Shown here: positions 1-6,503 of the stretch, in pieces
Position numbering within the stretch: position 1 is the first letter of the stretch
Layout of the letters: each line of letters opens with the position of its first letter
DNA from: a virus
Taxonomy: Duplodnaviria; Caudoviricetes
IMG/VR virus record: IMGVR_UViG_3300025398_000077
Span: 1-27,458 of that record
Length of the DNA stretch: 27,458 bases
Direction: 5' to 3' (one strand)
Position numbers and translations under genes: made by a program
Notes under the pieces: model-generated
Database searches by the model: none
Told to the model about the DNA's origin: nothing
What the model saw: the letters and a program-made list of their open reading frames with translations, nothing else

Positions 1-455
1 CAGTTTTCCGTTTCTTGGATACCTACAAACAAAACAGCCCCCGCCTCGGCACTATCCCGGTCAGAGATGGCGGACTAGCGGGCTATCAGGCGTAGAGATG
101 GTGAGTAGGGAGGGATGTGGGGCGTTCGATGTGTTGGCATTGACTAATCAATTCTCCCGCTACCGTGACTGACTGAGCTACCCGACATCACTGGCCACCC
201 GGTGCAATGAGTACTGGCGCTGCCTTGCCAGACCGGCCCGCCATCAGATTGATCGATGCTATCGACGTCGGCCATCACTAAACGAGATAACCCTAGAGTT
301 TTATCTCTAAACGTGATGCCGATCCGAACTCTATCTACTTTAGTGCTATCTCTACTAGTGATGCGCACTATCTCTAAAATGTATCGCTTTCTATGCCCTA
401 TAGGGTGTAGTATCTAGTTATGGCATTAAACGAGACAATGAAAGAGGGAAACGCC

Positions 456-812
456 ATGATTGACAAAAAAGACATTGAAACAGCTGTTAGCACCAGGCCG
501 CTGACCACAGAAGATTGGGGCCTACTCGCGGCGGCCTTGCAAGAAGCGATTAGCCAATGGGAATATGACAACGTAAAGCTAAACGATTACAAAACTAGTG
601 CAGCTAGTGCCGCGTACCGTACCTTAGCCAAAATACATGCCGCGCTAGTTATGGTTGAATGTGTGCGCTGTGACATCATCGAAACAGTAACGCTAGGTGA
701 CGCCATCGCGCGGGGCTATGACGCCTTAGAGGGTAGCTATGTCTGCCTTAGTTGCATCGAATACGAATTGGCAGAACTTGAGCAACTTTTTATTGATGAA
801 GAGGGTAACTAA
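456..812 (+). CDS. hypothetical early protein (two CxxC motifs, acidic C-terminus)
   Basis: ORF 420..812; ATG at 456 follows the GAAAGAGGG RBS at 440-448; CVRC and CLSC motifs. Confidence 0.7.
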   Translation: MIDKKDIETAVSTRPLTTEDWGLLAAALQEAISQWEYDNVKLNDYKTSAASAAYRTLAKIHAALVMVECVRCDIIETVTLGDAIARGYDALEGSYVCLSCIEYELAELEQLFIDEEGN

Positions 813-1015
813 TGGCTCGCGAGACATGTCAAGGATGTTGGCACCCGGCGCCGCGCGGCACCAGACTAGGCACCTGGTCCGGACTGGCAGATTTCGACGC
901 CACGCCCGCCCGCCCGCGCCGGTTCGCTAACTGGCGCCTATGTGTTCGATGCGCCCGTGACTTAGGCGTAACTCTCAAGTACGCCGCCCCGATCGTTGGG
1001 ATGCCGCAAAAATAA
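812..1015 (+). CDS. hypothetical small Cys-containing protein
   Basis: TAATG overlap with the upstream stop; CQGC...CVRC motifs. Confidence 0.6.
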   Translation: MARETCQGCWHPAPRGTRLGTWSGLADFDATPARPRRFANWRLCVRCARDLGVTLKYAAPIVGMPQK

Positions 1016-1027
1016 AAGAAACTGGCA

Positions 1028-1080
1028 CCTAGTAGCGGTTAAAGGCCGCGAGCGGGGTTCAATCCCCCGGACTAGGACTA
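1028..1080 (+). ncRNA. tRNA-like element 1 (no anticodon arm)
   Basis: CCTAGT/ACTAGG outer stem; GCGG-ttaaagg-CCGC hairpin; T-arm CGGGG-TTCAATC-CCCCG; ACTA tail. Confidence 0.7.
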
Positions 1081-1160
1081 CTTGCAATAGGCGGGAGTAT
1101 CGCCTATAGTAAGTAATGAGATGCGGCTGGAGGAGCCGCCTAAATGAAAGAGGAAGAACA

Positions 1161-1328
1161 GTGCAGACATTTAAACTAACCATAAGGCTAGGCAATGCTG
1201 AGATGCAAGACGGCCAAGACATTAGCGACGTGTTCGACGACGTCGCCGCCGACCTGAGCGCGGGAAGAACTCGCGGTTGTGTTAAAGATGTGAACGGTAA
1301 CACTGTTGGAGAATGGAGCCTACTCTAA
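1161..1328 (+). CDS. hypothetical protein (55 aa)
   Basis: GTG at 1161 after GAAAGAGG RBS (1146-1153); in frame with ORF 1116..1328. Confidence 0.75.
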   Translation: MQTFKLTIRLGNAEMQDGQDISDVFDDVAADLSAGRTRGCVKDVNGNTVGEWSLL

Positions 1329-1828
1329 TGGTCAAGACTTATACCCTGGTGCGCATTGACGCGGCGAGCATCACCAAGTCCGGCCGCGAGCTATTCGCCA
1401 AGATGCCCCAAGACATCCAAGACGACGACACGGAGGGCCGAGTCGTTAAGATTCTCTCCCTAATGGCGCGTAATGGCGCTAATGCATGGCGAGCGATGGA
1501 GAACGGGAGCGGAGCTAGTCCGCGGGCCGATCTCTACTGCCGTCGCGCCTGGAGCGTTGAAGGTGACGCGCGAGCGGCCGAGTTCGCTAAAGCTGATAAG
1601 GCTAATGACGAATGGGTAAAGCATTGGGAGCGGGTCGAACGGGGTTGCGAGAAGCGCCTAGACGCGTTAGCCGCGCTACTGTCGGACATTACTGGCCACT
1701 CCTGGAGGATCGACACGAGTGGCGGCGGTATGGGTGACGTACTGGTAATCCCGGCGACGCTGACGGGAGGCCGTGACAACACGACTACTTACCACACTAA
1801 CGAGCGCGCGATTTGGTTAAACGGCTGA
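1328..1828 (+). CDS. hypothetical protein
   Basis: TAATG coupling at 1326-1330; long ORF. Confidence 0.75.
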   Translation: MVKTYTLVRIDAASITKSGRELFAKMPQDIQDDDTEGRVVKILSLMARNGANAWRAMENGSGASPRADLYCRRAWSVEGDARAAEFAKADKANDEWVKHWERVERGCEKRLDALAALLSDITGHSWRIDTSGGGMGDVLVIPATLTGGRDNTTTYHTNERAIWLNG

Positions 1829-2001
1829 TGGAAGCGCGGCACCCGTTCTATACAGTCCTAATGGTCATTGTGTCGTTCATTGCGGCGCTACTCATTGCCA
1901 ATAAGGTCCCATTGTCTCACCCGCATTTAAGAACACTGACATTCTGGGCCATTTACGGAGTATTGAGTTTCACGGCCTACTTTATTCTAGAGAATAACTA
2001 A
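1828..2001 (+). CDS. small two-TM membrane protein
   Basis: TGATG coupling at 1826-1830; two hydrophobic segments. Confidence 0.7.
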   Translation: MEARHPFYTVLMVIVSFIAALLIANKVPLSHPHLRTLTFWAIYGVLSFTAYFILENN

Positions 2002-2006
2002 AGGTA

Positions 2007-2058
2007 TCTGGGCGGCCTGGTGGCCCGTTGCGCGGTTCGATCCCGCGGCTTGGAGCGA
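2007..2058 (+). ncRNA. tRNA-like element 2 (no anticodon arm)
   Basis: TCTGGGC/GCTTGGA 7-bp stem with G-U pairs; GGCC-tggt-GGCC hairpin; T-arm CGCGG-TTCGATC-CCGCG; GCGA tail. Confidence 0.7.
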
Positions 2059-2118
2059 TTAGCACCCGTGCTAATAAGTAAGTGAGAGACACTTGCGACT
2101 AATGAAAGAGGAATAAAT

Positions 2119-2730
2119 ATGTTGTCGATTACCCTGAGCGCCGCGACGTTCATAGACCTCGCAAGCGCGGGAGCGTTTGCAAGCACCGATAAGGCCCGCC
2201 CGTTGTTAACCGGCGTGCTACTGGTCCCGACTGGTGGAATCGTTAAGGCCATTGCGACCGACTCATATAAACTGGTGACGATTACTCGCGAGCTGGTCGA
2301 GCTGACCGGAGACGCCGCGCCTATCCTGGTGCCTGCTGACGTACTCGCGAAGGCCGCGAAAGATGCCGCTAAGTCTCGCGTCAATGTCGAGATCGTGGCC
2401 GACCCCAAGGCCGGTTCTTTCACTATCGCAAGCATGTCCGGAGCCTGGACTTATGGCGGCCGACTGGTCGAAGGTAATTACCCTGACGTAGAGACGCTGA
2501 TCCCCGCCGCTAATGGCATTACGTGTCCTGAAGGTGAGAATGTAGCCTTTAATGTGTTCTTCCTGGCTGACGTGACCAAGGTGGCGCCATGGTCAACCCT
2601 GAAGGGGCGCGAGAAGAACGGGACTGACGCGGCCATGCGCATTACGGCCCTGAATGACCGTAACCGGCCCATTCGCATTGAGTCGCGAGACGGCCAGACT
2701 ATCGTGCTGGTGATGCCCGTTCGCGTGTAG
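2119..2730 (+). CDS. DNA polymerase III beta sliding clamp-like protein, truncated (about two domains)
   Basis: DnaN-like motifs RPLLTGVLL, ATDSYKL, GNYPDVETLIP, AFNxxFLAD and C-terminal VLVMPVRV; only 203 aa. Confidence 0.8.
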   Translation: MLSITLSAATFIDLASAGAFASTDKARPLLTGVLLVPTGGIVKAIATDSYKLVTITRELVELTGDAAPILVPADVLAKAAKDAAKSRVNVEIVADPKAGSFTIASMSGAWTYGGRLVEGNYPDVETLIPAANGITCPEGENVAFNVFFLADVTKVAPWSTLKGREKNGTDAAMRITALNDRNRPIRIESRDGQTIVLVMPVRV

Positions 2731-2739
2731 CACCGGGTA

Positions 2740-2791
2740 GCTGGTGGCCGAGCGGCGGCGTAACTAGGTTCGATCCCTGGCACTAGCACTA
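2740..2791 (+). ncRNA. tRNA-like element 3 (no anticodon arm)
   Basis: GCTGGTG/CACTAGC 7-bp stem; GCCG-agcgg-CGGC hairpin; T-arm CTAGG-TTCGATC-CCTGG; ACTA tail. Confidence 0.75.
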
Positions 2792-2833
2792 CGTCGAGAG
2801 ACGTTACACAAGAGACAACGAAAGAGAGAGACA

Positions 2834-3448
2834 ATGACTAACCAACTAAGAAGCGATGGCGACACACTAGAACTAGAGGATGGCCGCGTGCTGAGATTGC
2901 GCGTTACTGCTGACGACTGGACGCTAGACCAAGATGGCGACTGGTTCGGTCGAGTGGGATGGTGGACCAAGGACGAGCGCCCAGACTGGTGCGATGGTAG
3001 CGCGGAGATTCTGGACCGCGACGGAGCGACTCGCCTATGGTGGATGCCGCCGACTGATGCCAAGAGCGATGACGTGCTGAAGCGTAACCTACGCGCCGAG
3101 ATTAAGGAGATTCTGGCCTATGGTTACTCCACGTATACGCTTGAAGTGTGCGAGGGCCGTGACGCCTACGGGCAGCTCATTGTCCGAGACTCCGAGAGTA
3201 TCGGCGGCGTAGCGCCATTGTGGGATGGTAGCGACGTCGATGACTTGGTGGACAACTTGCGCCTAAACCTTAATGTGGAGACTAGTCTCGTCGGCCACGA
3301 TACTGACGGTACGGCCTGGATGACGGTACGCGCCTATGTGGAAGTAGAGGTGATGGCCGAGGACTCCGAGGACGCGTTGATGTACGCCCGCCTAGCGATG
3401 CCAGACTATGACGTCGACTCGTTCACTTATGAAGTGATCCGCCGCTAA
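2834..3448 (+). CDS. hypothetical acidic protein
   Basis: 204-aa ORF, D/E-rich, purine-rich RBS upstream. Confidence 0.8.
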   Translation: MTNQLRSDGDTLELEDGRVLRLRVTADDWTLDQDGDWFGRVGWWTKDERPDWCDGSAEILDRDGATRLWWMPPTDAKSDDVLKRNLRAEIKEILAYGYSTYTLEVCEGRDAYGQLIVRDSESIGGVAPLWDGSDVDDLVDNLRLNLNVETSLVGHDTDGTAWMTVRAYVEVEVMAEDSEDALMYARLAMPDYDVDSFTYEVIRR

Positions 3449-3454
3449 CGATTA

Positions 3455-3504
3455 CCCGGTGCGGGATGGCCGCCATGGTAGGTTCGATTCCTACGCCGGG
3501 ACTA
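3455..3504 (+). ncRNA. tRNA-like element 4 (no anticodon arm)
   Basis: CCCGGT/GCCGGG stem; GCGG-gatgg-CCGC hairpin; T-arm GTAGG-TTCGATT-CCTAC; ACTA tail. Confidence 0.75.
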
Positions 3505-3535
3505 CTCTAAATGAGTAACTAAAAAAGGAGATGAA

Positions 3536-3724
3536 GTGAAACAGCTTGACAACGTAATCGGCCGCATAGGTACGATGCAGGAGAACGGCCTAGTGTTTAA
3601 GGTCAGTATTAAAGAACGTAAGAACGCCTACGGTAATGAGCGCTACCTAGTGACACCCGTGTCCGGGTACGGTCAGACCTGGGTTAATGCCGCTCGCGTA
3701 CGCGTACTGGAAGTAATAGAGTGA
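3536..3724 (+). CDS. hypothetical small beta-rich protein
   Basis: GTG start after AAGGAG RBS. Confidence 0.75.
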   Translation: MKQLDNVIGRIGTMQENGLVFKVSIKERKNAYGNERYLVTPVSGYGQTWVNAARVRVLEVIE

Positions 3725-3867
3725 TCGACTGGACCGAGCTGGACTGTTACGCCTACCGGGAAGGAGCGCGACCGGAGGATGAGCCGGAGTTCGTCGAGGC
3801 CTACTACGCGCTGGACTTAGAACTTGAAGCGGATGTGTTAGGAGACGTGACTCCCGACTCCAAGTAG
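3721..3867 (+). CDS. small highly acidic protein (48 aa)
   Basis: GTGA overlap with upstream stop; manual translation MIDWTELDCY...DVTPDSK, 15 D/E. Confidence 0.6.
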   Translation: MIDWTELDCYAYREGARPEDEPEFVEAYYALDLELEADVLGDVTPDSK

Positions 3868-3905
3868 ATGTGTTGTGAAACGCATCCCAGAGAATTACTA
3901 CAATT

Positions 3906-3951
3906 AAAAAAACACTAAGGCCCGCCGGTAATTCGGTGGGTCTTAGTGTTT
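3906..3951. terminator. intrinsic terminator, probably bidirectional, between convergent blocks
   Basis: AACACTAAGGCCCGCCG-gtaatt-CGGTGGGTCTTAGTGTT hairpin with an A-run on the left and TTT on the right. Confidence 0.8.
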
Positions 3952-3954
3952 ATG

Positions 3955-3965
3955 TGGTACACTTA
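3955..3965 (+). promoter_or_regulatory. extended -10 promoter (TG-G-TACACT)
   Basis: TGGTACACTTA; the identical 11-mer is on the - strand at 4826-4836 upstream of ssb. Confidence 0.6.
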
Positions 3966-3969
3966 GTTT

Positions 3970-4051
3970 GCTGGTCCGGGGGTAGGACTTCTCCCCCTGT
4001 AATGATTCGACTTGTCCCCCTCTTTCCAAGTGCGAGTCCCCCCGGATTGGC
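3970..4051 (+). ncRNA. candidate small RNA with C/U-rich anti-SD loop
   Basis: Terminal stem GCTGGTCCGGGGG/CCCCCGGATTGGC with G-U pairs favouring the + strand; inner ACTTG-tccccctctttc-CAAGT hairpin; starts ~7 nt after an extended -10. Confidence 0.55.
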
Positions 4052-4055
4052 CTCC

Positions 4056-4436
4056 CTAGATAAGCCGTGAGCGCTTTCGGTATCGAGCTACGCGCACCTT
4101 AGATGCCGCGTTATAGGCGTCAATGCAGGGCTGGCAGAACTGGTGTGCTGGGTCTTTGAGACGTCGCCTACGATGCCAGGCGTGACCGGCCTCCGTGCCA
4201 TGCTCCGGAGACTTGCGATTAGGTGGCTCGTATCCGAGCGATACAGCGACGATGCGTAATTCTGCATACGACAAACCGCCCCACACTCCCCACGCTTCCT
4301 GATGTTCGAGCGCCCAATGCAGGCAATCAGTCTTGATGGGGCAGGTAGCGCAGATCTCGCTTGCCTGTTGTGTGAGGCGGTCGTCGAAGAAGAGGTCAGT
4401 AAGCCCGATACAACGAGCCTTTGACCACTCAGTCAA
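4056..4436 (-). CDS. whiB: WhiB family transcriptional regulator with C-terminal HGT...CxxC module
   Basis: C..LFF..CxxCP....C..WAL...GVWGG signature. Confidence 0.9.
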   Translation of the reverse strand: MTEWSKARCIGLTDLFFDDRLTQQASEICATCPIKTDCLHWALEHQEAWGVWGGLSYAELRIVAVSLGYEPPNRKSPEHGTEAGHAWHRRRRLKDPAHQFCQPCIDAYNAASKVRVARYRKRSRLI

Positions 4437-4439
4437 GGT

Positions 4440-4781
4440 CTACCAGTCGGCTTCCGGCGTGGTCTTGGCGTCCTTAGCAGCGAAGCGAAGCTCGTTGCCT
4501 ACAGCGTCAGCCACGAGGACAGTCTTGGAGACGGGCTTGCCCTCTTTGTTTTCGTAGCGGTCTTGGTTGAGGTAGCCGTGAACGATAACACGGTCGCCCT
4601 TCTTCAAGGTGTTCACGCCGTTGGCGAGGTCGCCCCAGGCTACGCAGTCGAAGTACGAAACGTACTCTTCGTCGCCCTTCTTGCGGTTCACCGCCACGCT
4701 GAAGTTGGTGACTGAGGTTCCCTTGTTGGTGAACTTAATCTCAGGGTCGGCGGTCAAACGGCCAATCAAAGTGGTAGACAT
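4440..4781 (-). CDS. ssb: single-stranded DNA-binding protein
   Basis: LIGRLTADPE..F, FSVAVNR, FDCVAWG, KGDRVIVHG OB-fold motifs. Confidence 0.92.
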   Translation of the reverse strand: MSTTLIGRLTADPEIKFTNKGTSVTNFSVAVNRKKGDEEYVSYFDCVAWGDLANGVNTLKKGDRVIVHGYLNQDRYENKEGKPVSKTVLVADAVGNELRFAAKDAKTTPEADW

Positions 4782-4825
4782 CTTTCTTACCTATGCTTTC
4801 TATTCGTGTGCTAGATGCACATAGG

Positions 4826-4836
4826 TAAGTGTACCA
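4826..4836 (-). promoter_or_regulatory. extended -10 promoter for ssb, followed by a leader hairpin (4786-4829)
   Basis: TGGTACACTTA on the - strand; CTTACCTATG/CATAGGTAAG inverted repeat. Confidence 0.55.
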
Positions 4837-4838
4837 GA

Positions 4839-5180
4839 CTAATAGCCAGCTTGCTTGAGTAGGTAAATCATTTCTTCAAGCGTAACGACAGCGTAGGCCA
4901 CCCGGGCTGGCTTGTTACGTCGCTTGATTACAGCAATGCCGACGTCGGCTTTAGCGTTCGCACGCTCCACCGCAGTCTCGTCCATAATGCTCGCAAGGTT
5001 GATGGTCTTTAGGTTCTTGCACTCGATTATGATGGCGTGAGCGAAACCGTTGAGATCGCCCTTGTCCACCGTGTTGCCTGCACCGTAGCGCCGCTCCACC
5101 TGGGGGTAGCCCAGTTCGTTAAAGACTTTGGCTACGTCACGCTCCCATTGAGAACCACGAGCCTTCTCTGGAGTAGTCAT
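4839..5180 (-). CDS. Holliday junction resolvase-like PD-(D/E)XK nuclease
   Basis: KARGSQWERDVA, DKGDL, IIECKN motifs. Confidence 0.8.
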   Translation of the reverse strand: MTTPEKARGSQWERDVAKVFNELGYPQVERRYGAGNTVDKGDLNGFAHAIIIECKNLKTINLASIMDETAVERANAKADVGIAVIKRRNKPARVAYAVVTLEEMIYLLKQAGY

Positions 5181-5608
5181 TGTACTTTATACCTTTCCCA
5201 TTTGCCTGGGTTTGTTATGTTGCGTTCGTATTCGCCGCCAACAACCTTTATAGTCAATGTTGAACGCGGGCAAACATCAGCAGGAATAAAATAATCGCCC
5301 ACTGGGGTGCTTGCAAAAAGGTAATCGAACTTAGAGGTGTCCAGTTTGGTCGCGGTAACGTAATAATAATTGCGTTCAGAACGCTGCTCGGATTCCATTC
5401 GCTTTATCTCAACACGCTTTAGTTCGCCGTTCATATCAACAACGTAATCAAAACGTGTGTGACCGTCCAGACCACGGTATAAATCCCACCCTTGAGCAGA
5501 TGCCCAAGCAATGAAACGGCCCTCACCAATCATGCCAGTTTGGTGGCATTGCCTATCTTGATTCTGGCCTTTTTGGTTGGAGCCTTTCGCCTTCTCAGGC
5601 GTTGTCAC
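5177..5608 (-). CDS. PD-(D/E)XK endonuclease, putative free-standing homing endonuclease
   Basis: GMIGE..F, FDYVVD, RVEIK, FDYLF motifs; AT-richer DNA than neighbours. Confidence 0.7.
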   Translation of the reverse strand: MTTPEKAKGSNQKGQNQDRQCHQTGMIGEGRFIAWASAQGWDLYRGLDGHTRFDYVVDMNGELKRVEIKRMESEQRSERNYYYVTATKLDTSKFDYLFASTPVGDYFIPADVCPRSTLTIKVVGGEYERNITNPGKWERYKVQ

Positions 5609-5759
5609 TCTCGGCCTTCAACGAGTCAAGCGCCGTCTGAATCTGGTTACGAGTAACGCCAGCCTTTAGCAGAGCAGGCAAGAACTCGCCCATAAGGGCG
5701 TCAACAGCTGCTTCGGTTGCCTTGTCGGCAATTTCTTGGGTGATTAAAATCTCTGACAT
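5595..5759 (-). CDS. hypothetical protein (54 aa)
   Basis: Manual translation MSEILITQEIADKATEAAV...; AAAGGAG RBS. Confidence 0.65.
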   Translation of the reverse strand: MSEILITQEIADKATEAAVDALMGEFLPALLKAGVTRNQIQTALDSLKAESDNA

Positions 5760-5772
5760 AACGCTCCTTTGG

Positions 5773-6321
5773 TTATCGGACTAAGCCTAACACACGCTTA
5801 AATCCTTCGGGCATGGGTACAGATTCCTCATGTTCTTTGCGCTTCTTCTCGAAGAACTCCTGGTCAGCGACCTCATAATTGGGTCGTGAAACGTTCGCTG
5901 GATGGCTCTGTTTTGCGCCCTCAGTCACGCGCTTAAGTTCGTCTGCCACGCGTCGAGCGCCCATCGTGTCGTAGTGCTTGCGAAACTTGAGTGGCGATCG
6001 GATGACGGTACTCCAGAACTCGTGACTCAGGCACCAGTCCACCATCGACTCGGCGGCCTCGACCGATACCTTGTCAATGCGTAGGAGCTTTTCCATCGGA
6101 GCGATGTTGGTGACGTTCACCTTAAAGGGCTTGTACGAGTTAGCCACCAGACCAGCGTTGAGACGTTCACACAATGCCTCAGCAGCGGCCCAGAAGGGCG
6201 TCTCACGGCTTTTCTTGATGGTCATGGACTCAGCCACCTTGACCTGCTCTTGCACCTGTTCCAGCGTCAATACGCCGTCTTGGATAAACAGGCAAAGGGC
6301 TTGCTTGTAAACGTCGGTCAC
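5773..6321 (-). CDS. phage replication-protein-like (initiator C-terminal-type domain)
   Basis: DWCLSHEFWSTVIRSPLKFRKHYD resembles the C-terminus of 10694..11458. Confidence 0.6.
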   Translation of the reverse strand: MTDVYKQALCLFIQDGVLTLEQVQEQVKVAESMTIKKSRETPFWAAAEALCERLNAGLVANSYKPFKVNVTNIAPMEKLLRIDKVSVEAAESMVDWCLSHEFWSTVIRSPLKFRKHYDTMGARRVADELKRVTEGAKQSHPANVSRPNYEVADQEFFEKKRKEHEESVPMPEGFKRVLGLVR

Positions 6322-6503
6322 TTGCCAGCCGCCCAGTTAATAGGCACTTCCGGCTCGTAAGCAACCAGTACCTTGATTACGTCGCAGGGGTAGGAGGCTG
6401 AGTCGTAATCGCCCACCTCTTCGTTCCAGTATCCGCAAGCGAAGCAGTAGGAGCCGTACTGACGGTGCTTCTCTCGTAGGGCTTGGCGTTCGTCGGGGGT
6501 CAT
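6318..6503 (-). CDS. REKH/PCDVIKVL family paralogue 1
   Basis: MTPDERQALREKH..CFAC..YPCDVIKVL. Confidence 0.75.
   Translation of the reverse strand: MTPDERQALREKHRQYGSYCFACGYWNEEVGDYDSASYPCDVIKVLVAYEPEVPINWAAGK

Noticed and set aside
118-138. Possible fifth T-loop (GTTCGATG)
   Set aside because: Flanks do not form a convincing 5-bp stem, and there is no outer stem or D-like hairpin.
144-368. 74-aa - strand ORF
   Set aside because: No RBS or motif, and it overlaps the repeat-rich regulatory leader.
1028-3504. Calling the four GGTTCRATYCC elements true tRNA genes or attP/tRNA-3' remnants
   Set aside because: They are only ~50 nt, have no anticodon arm and no CCA. Their own 5' strands co-vary with the 3' strands, which is not expected for integration scars. 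No integrase is visible in the window.
1028-3504. CRISPR array
   Set aside because: Repeats are not sequence-identical and are separated by 650-950 bp of protein-coding genes; no cas genes are present.
3970-3990. 5' end GCTGGTCCG resembles the start of vertebrate Y RNAs
   Set aside because: The match is short, the stem pairs fully without the bulged C needed for Ro60 binding, and there is no Ro/TROVE gene in the window.
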